A stretch of 64,000 nucleotides of DNA from positions 21,266,001-21,330,000 of the forward strand of contig OZ365113.1 in assembly GCA_977030845.1 (NCBI GenBank). The letters are read 5' to 3'. The notes below the pieces were generated by a model. It saw only the letters and a list, made by a program, of their open reading frames with translations, was not told the origin of the DNA and did not search any database. Shown piece by piece: positions 1 through 12,900 of the stretch; position 1 is the first letter of the stretch, and every line of letters begins with the position of its first letter. Position numbers and translations under genes: made by a program. The DNA comes from Fimbriosthenelais zetlandica (taxonomy: Eukaryota).

Positions 1-961
1 GCCTCTTATAACAGTTCTGTTGTGCTGCTTCTCTAGTGCATTTCTTTCCAATCCAAACCAACTGCAGCTCTAGATTTTTATGTACATCAACCTGTAGTCT
101 TGCTATCAAGCTCCGTCCTTTCTTCCGTATTTCAAAGTGCCTCCATTAGCAGCAGAAGCAGTTCACCTTGACAGATGTCAATCAATAGCGAAGAATGACA
201 CAATACAATCAAATTGGATAGAAATCAATGTGAAACCTTGGTAATCTATTATCTGAACAATAACCACCTTGATCCTGTTACTGAATGACTAAATTTTACT
301 GATTATCTCCAGTTTCATGGAAGGTCAGTATGGCCAAGTGGAATTATGTTTAGTGATCAATCTTGTGGTAATCAATAAGAGTTTGCTCCATTGAATGGTT
401 GGTCGATGACCGTCAAAGGTGGTCATTACAAGTGACTCTCACTGGGAGCGTCTATTGCTTAAACGTCCATACCGTGACAATAGGCAGACTGTGTCGATGG
501 TTATAACACAGTACTTTTCACAACAGTCAGCCTATAGGCCTGAGATGAGTGGATAACATGCAAAGGGTCTGGAAATTCCATCTGAAAGACTTGTAACCAA
601 TTTGCCCTTTTCTAACAGCAGATTATGGTTATTTGTATCCATAAGTGGCACCAGAGTGCTTTTTGACAATCTGGGCCTGATGGGACTTCTTAGTTCCTCC
701 AATATCAACCCAGTATTGGGTTTTAATGTTACATGGATTGGATCTATTTTTTGTGTGTGCAAAGTTTGCAAAACTGAATCTATTTTCAAAGGGAATCTGA
801 ATGAGAACAGCATGTGCTAAGGTTCTCCATTTCCTCCTTGGATGAACAGGGCCTGTATGGAACACCGTGTTGTTTTGAAGTGTCTTGGGTGTCAGTCTCA
901 CACAGGCCGACTATCCCAGTTAGGATTGTTACAACCACAACCCCCACCCCAACAATCACCA

Positions 962-1100
962 AAGAAGAAAAGCTGGAAGAGGTCTGAGGAAGAGAAGGAG
1001 GAGGAGGAGGCCTATGGGAGGAGTAGGAAGAGGAGAAGGAGGAAGAGGTAGTAGTAGCAGTAGTAGTAGAGGAGGAGGGTTGAGGCCACCACCACCAAGG
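962..1100 (+). repeat. Low-complexity purine-rich tract (GAG/AGG runs, imperfect (TAG)n, (CCA)n) upstream of the 1115 ORF
   Basis: Seen directly: gaagagaaggaggaggaggagg...gtagtagtagcagtagtagtag...ccaccaccacc. Confidence 0.8.
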
Positions 1101-1114
1101 GAGGCTTCATAACG

Positions 1115-1879
1115 ATGGTGAATAACACCAGTGAGGCTGTTGGTGTGTCCATATCCAGCAGACCATTATCAGGAGTCACAGCCACTACATCCACCACCAC
1201 ATCCACCACCACAACAATGACCTTATCATCACATCACACCTATGCCGCAGTCGTCATTGCCGACCCTGTCGATGACGTGGAACGCACTGCCATCGGCATC
1301 CCTGTGCGCCTTCTATGGGTACCTTACATAATATTCACAGCAGTGATCTTAGTGCTCATCATGGTGTCTTTCTGCAAATTCCACCGGAAACACGGACACA
1401 AATATAGGCGGCGACGAATGGAGCTCTTTCAACAAGGGGCCAACATGGCCTCAATCATGAATCAGCTCCAAGGTGGCGCCACAACCACCTCCACAACCAC
1501 CGGAAGTACACACCTTCCACCGAACGGGGGTGCCCCTTCTGCCACTTGCAATACACAGATGCCCTCAACGTCAGTGATGACGAGTCGAGAAACTAATCCT
1601 AATAGCTCCACAGTGAAAAAGAAACAAAAAGCAAGGCGGAAACAAAGACCTTTAACCTTCATGCGAAATGCAAATGGCAGCATGGTAGATTTACGTTGCG
1701 GAGAACGTAATAGCATGAATATCTTCAAGACGCCATTTTCTACACATGCAGAAAGTTCAATATGGACGTTGCCAAGTCGTAGCGGTGCGTACCGGACATT
1801 AAACTCACCGACAGGGAACAACTATTTCTCAGACGAAGACGATGATGATGTGTTACTCATACATTCAACTAAACTCTGA
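1115..1879 (+). CDS. Intronless single-pass membrane protein, 254 aa, unknown family (Ser/Thr-rich ectodomain, one TM helix, long cytoplasmic tail)
   Basis: Longest ORF in the window, closed upstream by an in-frame TAG at 1067. Coherent topology: N-glycosylation sequons at N3/N4 (NNTS), Thr-rich stalk, hydrophobic segment LLWVPYIIFTAVILVLIMVSF, then Cys plus a basic stop-transfer cluster (CKFHRKHGHKYRRRR). Tail ends YFSDEDDDDVLLIHSTKL. Confidence 0.8.
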   Translation: MVNNTSEAVGVSISSRPLSGVTATTSTTTSTTTTMTLSSHHTYAAVVIADPVDDVERTAIGIPVRLLWVPYIIFTAVILVLIMVSFCKFHRKHGHKYRRRRMELFQQGANMASIMNQLQGGATTTSTTTGSTHLPPNGGAPSATCNTQMPSTSVMTSRETNPNSSTVKKKQKARRKQRPLTFMRNANGSMVDLRCGERNSMNIFKTPFSTHAESSIWTLPSRSGAYRTLNSPTGNNYFSDEDDDDVLLIHSTKL

Positions 1880-3942
1880 GCAGTGCTCAAAAGATCTCTT
1901 CATTTTTTTTCGTTGTAATATGTATTAACACATTCACAGTAGCTATAAAATGCTTTGTCCATAATTTATGCCATTTATGAACCGTCACAACATTATCACA
2001 GGTATATATACATTTAAAACTGAGTGAAACATGGTCCAAAACTATTGATTAACGTTTAAGTGGAAGACTTTCTTATTCAAAGCACAAATGGTAAAGGTCA
2101 AGTGTCTGGACCAGCAGGTATTAGTCTACTACAGTAATATCCTGGTTTCAAAATTCTTTCTGCATATCAAAGGTTGTCCTCAGTAACTTAATTTAACAGT
2201 AACCATGTTCCCCCATTATATTATTATGAATAGCAACACAACACCTTTGGCACTCGGTGCTTCTAAATGACCTATAATTACGCCTAACGCTTCTTGTGAT
2301 ACCACAGCGCTCTTCTCATGTTTAATTGTTATTACGCATCTTTCACTTCAGTCTGTTCACCGCCATCTCATTGATTTGTGTTTTAACTGTAACCTGGGTG
2401 GATAGATACTTATCTCATTGCTGGCTCATGATATAATATTACTACCACCCAATATTACTAATCCCCATGAAATAAGCTCACATTCCTTGTTCTTTTCGTT
2501 GTTCATTTAATTCATATATTCTCTTCATTCGAGTGATTCACTTTTGGTGATGCAATTGGATCTCCAATTCAATATCATGGATATGAAAGGTATTGCCTAT
2601 GGATCCAGTTACACCATCAAGTATTGGACCACCTAGGTGCAAGCACTCTTATAGGGGAAAAAGCAAGAGGGTCAACATTTTTGAGACTGCACAATGTAAA
2701 CTGGAGATATGTGTGAAGATATGTGTCTCCAAGTGCCATCTCATTAAAATATAATCCCCAGGTTTCTTCTTCGGTAATCAAAATATGGTTCATAAAGTTT
2801 CCTTTATGATAGAAGTGCACATTTTACTTGGTGCAATCACAAAAATGTTGACCACTTTGATACATCCCCTAGAAAATTGGTGAGCCAACAAGATCTTTTT
2901 GATAATTTGTATATGAGATTACCTTCGTCTTTGGTATACACGATGGACTATTTTCCATTAGTCTCCTTTGTTAAGAGAGGTATTCATGAGAACTTAATTT
3001 CCTGGTTGCCACAAGCTAATTCATAATACATATAGGATATTTTACCTGGTGTCTATGAACAATGGTCGCATGACCACTGGTAGTTATTGTGATAGATTCT
3101 CATCATGATCCCATTCAAAAGATCATTTCTAATATTTTGCCTTTCAACAATGATTTCCGCTCGCTCGCTTCAAATTCAAAACTTCATTGCTAAGAGGAAA
3201 TGTCCTCTCCTATTAGAAATACCACAGATGTTGGGAAATACTGCAATCTATCTGAGAGTAGGCGAGTAATTGATACTTCAGTCAGTCTTTCGTGATTATC
3301 ACAAAAAGAACAGCACACAAGTACGTAGATAATGTCAGAGTGCATTCATGTAAAACGTGCTCCAAACACCTGTGTGAAATATCAAGAAAAAAAGACATAG
3401 AAACAGCGGGACCTATCATTCTTTTTCAAAAAGGGTGAGAGTGTGTGAGTGAGGAATTTCAGAGTAACCTATCATACTATTGTTTACCACCAAGGAAAAT
3501 ATGGTTTGGAAGGAAACGAAACTTTCTTGGAAACGTGTACATAATCATGGCGTCTAAACATTTTCGAAGAATAAAAACAGGGGAAAAAAAGAAGATACAA
3601 AGATGATAAATCATCCATATGAATCAGGATGAGACGAGTGAAGCAACTTTGTCTCCCAGTGGCACGAGCATTTCGTGTATGCTAAACCTCACTAATCTCT
3701 ATATAAAAATATATACATGTACGATGTAGTGAATTGTATACTGTGAAAAAGAACTTTGATCTTGATCCGATATCTGCCTTAAAACTGTGGAGCCTCTTCC
3801 TCTAGATGTAGAGAAAGAGAGGAGACGAAGATAATGAAGACGAAGATGATATTAAAGAATCTATTTTGTTGGCAAAGTTTCTATTTTGTTGAATCTACTC
3901 TATGATTCACTAAAACATATAACCTGGCTGCCTTGACATGTT

Positions 3943-3971
3943 TCTGGTCCTCCAGGCGCAGGAGGACCAGA
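3943..3971. other. Perfect 11-bp GC-rich inverted repeat with 7-nt loop
   Basis: TCTGGTCCTCC-aggcgca-GGAGGACCAGA in an AT-rich context. Confidence 0.85.
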
Positions 3972-6900
3972 GAGATTATTATGGTTATGATGCTAAAAAC
4001 TGTAATAAGAAAATCAACAAATATAAACTGTTTGGAAAGATAACACTAAATGGGACAAGATAAGAACTATTGTGAGGACGTTGAGATTAAGCGAGTGGAA
4101 CAAATTGGCATATGTTGTCACAATGTTCATAAAGACAACACAAAAATGCGGAATTAAAAAAAAAGAGTAAACAATGGCACGAACAAATTCACGATGACCA
4201 TGACATTTATTATAATTATGATCGTTGTGCTGAAAACAAAACATGACTACTTATCTCATATGTTGTACATACATGTCAAAAATGAGAATGAACGCAGTTG
4301 TACTGAAAATGAATAAATGGAAATGTTTGTATGTCATAAAATATTTGAGTGTCTCTTTGAAATGCATAGATTATTCCATTGAATAGTGTAACTTATGAAT
4401 TTGAAATGATGATACACACGGATTCACTGGTCTGTGGGTAGTGGGTATAGATTTGACTGACTGATCAGAAAGGGAAGTGCCTATAAATCAGTTGGGACTG
4501 GCATGCACTACTGCTCATGTATTGATGATTCAGTTAAACATGGCTCAATATAATATCAGATAGATCAATATCTGTTGGAGCAAGAAGTTTAAACAGGGAG
4601 AGTTGAGTGGCCAGCCTTCATATATACCAACCTTTCCAAGTAGCACTCAGTGAAAAAGCTTCATAACTTATGTAGTTGGTAGGTGATGGAGGCACGGATT
4701 GGTTGACTGTATATAAGAGCTTGGCGTGTTAGACTATTGTTAGTACAGTATGGTTTCACCTGTCTATACCTATACTGGTGGGGTGGAGGTGTGTGGGTAG
4801 GGTGTGAGTGTTGTCCTATGTCATAGGAGAGGGAATCAATGAAAAGTCTTCTTTCTTAATACACACATTACCATACCTGTAATTGCTGTTACTTTTACCT
4901 GCCAGCTAAGCATTTCAGTATGGGGTAGGTGGGTGTGTCCGAGAATATAGATTGGTGCGAGGTCTGGGTGGACTAGAGCGAGACGCAAATGAGCTGTGAC
5001 CGGCAAAGATAATTGCATAGTGATTATACACAAAATGTCCATATTTTGTCTATATATAACATGGCAGTTCCGACCCGTGGTTAATTAACAATAGTGTACA
5101 AATGTGTTACTCCTGTACACTGTAAACACTAGAGCCTGTAGCAGACAAACACCTGGTTTATTTTTTCCCATGATAACATAAACAGGGGTCCGGATCGCAG
5201 GTATATGTAAATAGGTTGATAAACATCCCCAAGCATACTGCATGGTAACATGACCTTGTCTTGTAAACCAAAGGCTCAGGAGCTGAGCGCATTGTGGTGT
5301 ACTAGCAATGTTAGAGAGTATTACATAGGTTCATACAATTATATGTGCTACATCCATTAATTCACCACAAAGCCCCACCCTAATGAGATACACCCAAGCT
5401 GAATGGAAATTATGTGCAGTGAAATGTCAATGTGCAATAGCTCTCCGGTAAAATGTCTACTTAGAAGGAAAGGGACAATGTCATGCAGTAGACTGACAAT
5501 TACTTAAGTTTTAACCATTAACTCTTCGCTATCATCCAAGACAGTTAAGTGAAATATCTACTATGTAGATTTGTAAAGATTATATTTAAGTAAAACCATC
5601 TGAAGATACTAAAAGTCTGTGACCGTGTAGAAAGTGTACTACAATGCCAAACACACAGATAACAATAGTACCTCTTGCAAATTCCCAGCAAAGCCAACTC
5701 CCATGAGATGACATCGCCTGAGGGACATAGCATCGAGTGAAATGTCAATGCTGGCTGTTTGGCTATATGAGGCTCCATAGACTAATAACACATGGACCCG
5801 GGGATAAAACAATACCATTTTGGTCCCGGACCACGATTTACAAAAACATTTGTTCATTAATTAGCACTGATACTGCACTTAGAAACAATGTAATAATATG
5901 ATTTAAGTATGTCTTTACTCAATAGTAATGTCTTTTTTTTATAGGGCGATTATATACATGTATATACATCTTCGGCATCAGAGTCAAAATCAATATAGGA
6001 AGTCTGTCAAAGGAAAGCTACCTTCCCTCGATCAAAGCAATGTTATTGAGACTCAGTTGATCCGAATTGCCTCAGTTTTCCTTGTGTGTCTGCCAAGGCA
6101 AATTCAATTAATTATTTCCTAAGGGATGCCACCATCATATGGATTTTTAAGATGAGCCATATAGAGGAATATGGATGTAAACTGTGCATACGCTACAAAA
6201 CCATAGCTAGCCCTTTCTTCTTTTCTGAGAATTTGTAGATTTTGAATATCATGGAGAATGGGTTCGGATGTCAGAATCGACTAAATACCAGAGCAAATAA
6301 AACAAATGCCAGCGCGCCTCCATGGCAGAAATGCTCGAAGTCGTTTGACAATAGGTGACAGAAATTTATCAACACTGACAAGCCAAGGCCACATCTTCCT
6401 GCAGTAACAGCCTCAGATTTCATGAGGGGAACTCCGGGGAAAATAAGCTTACCAAACATATCTTTTTGTCACCTGTTTGAGCATCAAACTCAGAAGGGGG
6501 CCTGGGAAAATAGAATTGTGATTTCACATTGCGTGTGAATTGGGTGTCACTTTGAAGGGAATTTGTCAACATTTGCATCAGAAGAGGACTTGTAGAAGGA
6601 AGCGGATAAGGATGAATTTCCCATCAGAGCGCACTTTAAAAGGAAAACATGTCAAGAATTTCAGCTGAAGAAAAGCAACTCCGGGGGTTTTTGAAGGTCT
6701 TTTAAACAAAAACCCGTGCTTAAAGCTGAAATCTGGCGCCTGTTTGCTTTCAGGCAAACGGATGGCGAAAACAGCCATCAATGTCTGTTTACGGTGGAAA
6801 AGCCTTTGGCAAAAAGCCCAAATGGCAAAAGAAAGGGATTTTAGTTCGTCCAGGATAATCACTTTACTGCCCATTGTGATATTAATCTGAGATTATCCTA

Positions 6901-9900
6901 AAAATAATCGGTTGAGTCAATAGGCGGGATTATAGGTTCAGCAACAAGGGATAAGCTGAACAAATATATCATTTTTCGACTGAATGAATTAATGAATAAA
7001 TATTAATATGGCTCGATTTCTAATCCATAATACGTATATTAAGGAGGCAAGGCTTCCTCACGCGCTTGCTATAGTGTGGGTAAAGTCTGGCTAGTGTGGA
7101 GGCTTGATGTTTTCGTATAGACCTACAAGGGGGCAGAGTGGTGGACTAGTGGAGGTCAATGACTGAATGAGGGATTGATCATCTAATTGATAAAGAAAGA
7201 ACACGGCCTAAGTTTGTGTGTTACAGGATGGAGTCACGTACAGCCTAGACGCTTAGGTTTAGTATGACTGCCTGTGATACATCTGACCATTGCCTCTGAC
7301 TCTGCTTGAGTTAGCTTCAGTTAGAAGGGGGCGGGAGGAAAACAAGGCATTGTTTCAGATCAGTCAATTCCCACTCAAACCAAATCCAGCCTTGTCTAAA
7401 AGACTATGTTCTAGAAACCTGCTTATCCTGCAATATTTCCAACTTAAGCTAGGGCGGGCAGGCAATAACGTGGTTGTACTAAAGGTCGATAGACCGTAAT
7501 GGTGTTTTTTCTTTCCTGTGTAGGTGTGTGTGTGGGTATGTCTGAATTACAGCCATTCTACTCTACCTGATGGTTGGCATTCCATCTTTTTCAATATGAA
7601 TACTTGACAGTTAATTCACCCATATAAAAACTCACTCCTAATCATAAATCTATATCGCAACAAAAAATACGTTTCCGATGCCGGAAGTTATCTTTGTCAC
7701 ACGTAACAATTACTTGCCCATTTATACTCGCCCTTTGAGACCAATTTAGAAAGGGGTTGGTAAAAACTCAAACTGGACTGCTGCAGGATGGCTGCTAAAG
7801 GCCAGCCTAGACTAGGCCAATCGATGGACCAATTCCACTATCGGCAAATGCATAAATCCATTGGTTGAAGATGGATTATCAATTTTAGTGTCAGTCTACA
7901 TCGTCTAAATCATTTTTCATTGCTTCTGCGTCAGATAAGGTCCAAAGGGTTTGGAATTTTATATCATTTATCAGTTTGTTTGAAATGTCAATGTCCTACA
8001 CAGGAGAGAGAAGGGGTTTATGACACTCCAATCAGTAAGTTGTAATATTTAAATTTTCGGTCAGCAGGTCTCAGAAGATTCATATATACAAGGGGAGTGG
8101 TCATTTCATGGAAGCGACGACCAGTGTAATGGCCGATTGCAGACCTTTGCAGTCAATCCATTGCTGGTGCTTAATGGTCTGAGGGGCCTGGCTGCTATCA
8201 AGGGTGGACCTTGACGTTGTCATTATGGTAAAGGTGGAAAGTCTGAAGGTAATGGAAGTTGACACCATCAGACAGGGTAGGACTCATGAATCAAGCAGAG
8301 CGCCATTCAGCTTCAACCCCCATCAACATATTCATTGTCTCTTATACACAAGCTGCCAGAGATATCTATATAGCTATAGCAGTTCACAGTCTATACATTC
8401 ATATAAACCTGACGGTCTATAAATAAATAGCATGGCATTAAATGCATAAGGGCTGACTGGTGAATCATAATAGTATATTTGAATTAATTTATTATTGGGA
8501 TCATTATATCGATGGACTATGAACAAAGAACGGTCTTTGCCGCATAGATTCTCAGAATTGGCAGAATTCACTTTGGAAATGGATTAATAAATTATACTTG
8601 ATGTCATGCAGACACTGTTACTGGTATATTTTGAGCTTGGATGGGCCACCATTAATCTAGTGGAACATATTGGTATATCTATGTTATACTCATCCCATTG
8701 AGACGTATTGATCGGAATCATTGGTATCCAACAGTATTGCTAGAGTACAGTTATAAGAATGCCATACAATTTACCCCTCTAGTCTAGTCTAATAAACGGC
8801 TGATTACCATCCTTTTATACTGGCAAATGATGATCAAACAGTGAGTACTGAGTAAATATTGAGCTATCTCTGTAGGGAAAAAAATGTGGGGAACTGCTTC
8901 AGCATGTATGGGCGAATGTGCAGGACAGGGTTAAATATTGATTAAAACTGGGATCAGGGATGGATCTCCGTCTTCTGCTTTAGATCAACTTAATCTAATG
9001 CATGATGTAGCGCATATCCTGTTATGTCACCGAATAATCAATCTGGTTCCGGCTTTCAAAGACCACTAGAGACTGGTCGCTTTCAGCAATAATAGAGCCA
9101 GGCGATCTACATTGCATATGCAATCGGTTCCACTGAAGTGTGGACATTGGGAAGAAAATCCATGGTTAGAGCCGAGCATTCATACATGTGTATTGAATAA
9201 TGTGGTGGTTGTGGTGGGTGACGGGGTATTGTAGGTGGGTGGGTGGGGGGATGACAGGTATGGCTGGGTGGGGAAGTGCACATGACGTTGAGCCGGATCA
9301 TCGCTGCTGGCCATTCGCTCTAGATTTGCCAGTGATGATTTATAGGAAGCCACTGCTAGGCCTGCTCCCAGCATATAATCACGTGGGGGATTTAAGCTGT
9401 GGGATTATCACCAGACAGCCGCTACTGATCTCCAGGAAACCCCCGTTGACTGAAATCCCACACCTCCACCCCCTCAGGCTGCATGGCTTTGTCCCCCCCC
9501 CAAACTTCATCCACCCTAACTCACTATTCACCACTCGCTAAGCCAGTCAGTCCTATCCCAGATTAAATAGCTCAGCATTGCCAGGAGTTGTGTGGACCGT
9601 GGTTGAATAACCCGCAGCATTGCCACTTCTACCTACAAACTTTTATTAGCCCCCCTGTGCTCTTTTTCCCCCTGTCCTTCCCATTCCCCTCTTATCTCTA
9701 CAACAGGTATTTCCATGCTGATCACAAACTTGTTTCAACGACAAAAATGTTATAGATCGACATCATTGAAATCTATAACAATGCTCTGTAGTACAGAACT
9801 TGATTTTTTAAAAATCAAAACCGCCACGTTTTTCAAGAAAAATAGACTGAAATAATCGCTGATAATATGAGTAACAAGTGAACATGACACTCGTAACGAA

Positions 9901-12900
9901 TCTGAAACAGTTGAATTAATTCGACAAAATTTCTTCTTTCGGAGCAAATGACGTCCAATCTAATCCCCAATAAAGCTGCAGCACCAAAGGCATAAAAGCA
10001 AGGGAATTGCCGTTCCGTGAAATCAATTGTCCCAATTTTCTCCCGCTCTTTCCTCGGGGACATTAACACTGCCACATTTACTCAATTGCAAGCGCTGAAA
10101 ATAAATGAAGAGGAGAGCAGGCGCAAAGATGAGGTCACACGCAACACCGAAGAGCACCAAATATATCAATATAGGTAACACTGCATGAGCAAATAGTGCA
10201 TTGATGGACTCTGAGTTTATAGAGTTATATATAGGGACACTTGTACACAGGACAACTTCTGGGCTGATGCCGAAAGGTTCTTGGGAGAAAGCCCTATGTT
10301 ATCAACAATGCTTATTGACAATACCTTAACTAATTTCAGAGCTTCTTTGCCAAGTGAAACTGCATGAACAGAGAGGAGGGAAAGGTCAATGGATGTTAGG
10401 CAGTTAGCCAGTAACAAATGCACCAGGTCAGTATATATGCTAGGGACATTGCCAAGGTAAAGTGCCCTCATGAATATCACTGCATGTAGTTCATTAGGGA
10501 CCTCCTAAAAGCTTTTAGGGACGGGAATATAGGGGAGCTATAGGGAACAAACAATATGGCAAGACTAGTATGAGCAATGGACGTCTGCCACACTTCTGTT
10601 CTAGAAAAATGAGACCCTTCAGTTCAACTTTTTGTCTCAAGTTTCAAATGTCAGTTGGAAATTACTCAGCAGATTAGTTCTCATGAAAGAGAAGCTCAAA
10701 TACAAATCTTTCTTATTTAACTTATCTTCAGAGGCTGTCTGGAAGTAGTATAGGAAACCATTTCAACACATCCGTAAGGTATAAGTATATAAGCCTCAAG
10801 TGCACACAAATGCGCTGATATGTTGCCTGTACCATTCCAATGCAGTGACAAATGCACAAGACTGCCATTCACCAGGCAGCTCTTATCTGGTATATGCATT
10901 TCAGTCTAAGCCAGCCAAGTCATACTGAGGACGAGTCCTCCTTCGCCTGATCATCTATTTGCATACTACTCAACAGGAAATTCACCCCTGGGGAGAACTG
11001 ATGCTTTTGTTCATGGATGCATATGGATTGGTTTTGCCTGGGAAAAGCTTTCGAATATAGATGGCAAGGAGTTGACATGAGGAGGCAGTGAGCAATGATA
11101 GATGTGATTTATATACACAGACAAGCCAGGACTTCTCAGACCTACATCGATTTGGGATAGTTATAACCGGATTGCATCAAACCGAGTTATGAATATAAAT
11201 GAAGTAGAAAATAGAATCATAGGCTAAAGCTGGTAGGACAGAAGCTGTGCATGTTACAGAGGGCAATGCCCTCATATATATATTGGGTTCCTCTGCATGT
11301 ATTCCAAGTGTCCAGTTGGTCTGAAGCAGTCCCTTAAGATCTAAATATTATTAGAAACCATGAAATGTTCAATCACGTAGATGAAAAAAACTAAGGTATT
11401 TTTTACTCTGGAACTATATCAAGAGCCTGATTTCCTTAAACCAGACGAGAATGGCTTCTTTGTGATGGGTAGAAATGAGCTGACACAGCACATTTGGCTG
11501 GGCCCGCGAGGAGGCCCCAATATCAGTTACATTGCCATCCTTTATCATACTTGATGCATGAAGGAGGTGGGTTTAAATTGAATTTTAATACCACAGAGGG
11601 AACGACATAGCTCTCTGGCTAAATTGCTCAGGAGCGGTATATGCACAGATGTGAAGCCTAGGGAGACTTTAGCATCGAAGATTGAATGAAGCCACTTGAG
11701 CGACGATAGCTTGAAATATATAGAGATAGACATAAACATCTAATGATATTGGAGGCAATCACTGCAAGGATGAGGAGGCTGTCAACAATATTGACTGAGC
11801 ATTATGTTTCCCGAAGGAAACGGGTCATAATGTCTCATTATTATAACTGAGTCTAGGTTTCTAAACCTTTGCCAAAGTCCATAAATTTAAATCATTTTGC
11901 ATGGTAAACTATTCACTGATTTCATAGGAAACGGAAAGAAGCTATTTGCCAGTGACTTAATTACAATTATCATTAGCAATTCAAACACATTTTATATTAG
12001 TTGTTTGAGTTTTCTTTTAATTCATTTGACTAAGGTAAAGGCCATCAATGAATTTTGGCAGATTTCAAAGAGAAAATAGGTCAGTGATAGCTGGGAGTGC
12101 AGTCTAGATGAAGCGATGCTAATATCTTATGCCGGATCTTGCTTATTGCCCTGAATGCGGACACTAGCCAAGAAAAAGAACTCTCTCTACTTCTACACTG
12201 TCAGACCAATATGTCAATTTCCATCATCCATTAACCACTATCTTATAATTTATCTCACTTTCAGTCAGAGATGACAAGCAATCAAGACACTTCCTCGTCT
12301 ATTTTTTATTTTCATGTCTTGTGATTAAATGCCATTTTAGGATATTAGCAGTGAATCGAGATAACATTTTTTAGAGTGGACAGGAGGTGGAGGAATAGGA
12401 AGGGGAGGATAATGCTGGAGCAGGCCTCATCTCCAGGGTCTAGCCTCCAGTCTAAACACCGTAGAAGCCACAGATGGGCCTAATTCAGCCTCCAGTCTTC
12501 ACTCCAGTTCCTCATAGTCATACCGCTATCTTTGCCCAACAGTTCAAAGCTAGACAAGGCACTCGGGGAGGCAAGACAATGTTCCAGGGACATGCAGAGA
12601 GGAGCCTGGGTAAACGACGGTCACTTGAGGGGATGTGCTCCAAGTATCTCCCACAATTGATACTAAGCACTGAGCACCAGGACTCATTTACAGCAGAATT
12701 ACCTGGATTCACTTTCAAATACAGGGGCATTTAAAGGGCTATTTGAGGAGGCAATTGGGTGCTATCAAACAAGGTCACCAACACCAAATCAAAAGTTGGC
12801 AAAGTTTCGAAAGCCTAAAAAAAGAACTTTCGAGGCAGAAAGACAAACCAATTTCCCTGGTGATGGAGCAGAAAATGGATATGGCCCTGACACTGAGGTG

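Noticed and set aside
4014-4244. FQHND in a minus-strand ORF, resembling ALAS FRHND
   Set aside because: Flanking residues (MFCFQHNDHNYNKC) do not fit the ALAS context, and there are no supporting splice sites.
10504-10519. 16-bp perfect palindrome cctaaaagcttttagg
   Set aside because: Short, AT-rich and isolated; no associated element is visible.
11381-11554. 57-aa plus-strand ORF MKKTKVFFTLELYQEPDFLKPDENGFFVMGRNELTQHIWLGPRGGPN...
   Set aside because: Protein-like by eye, but short, with no recognisable motif or splice context; expected by chance.
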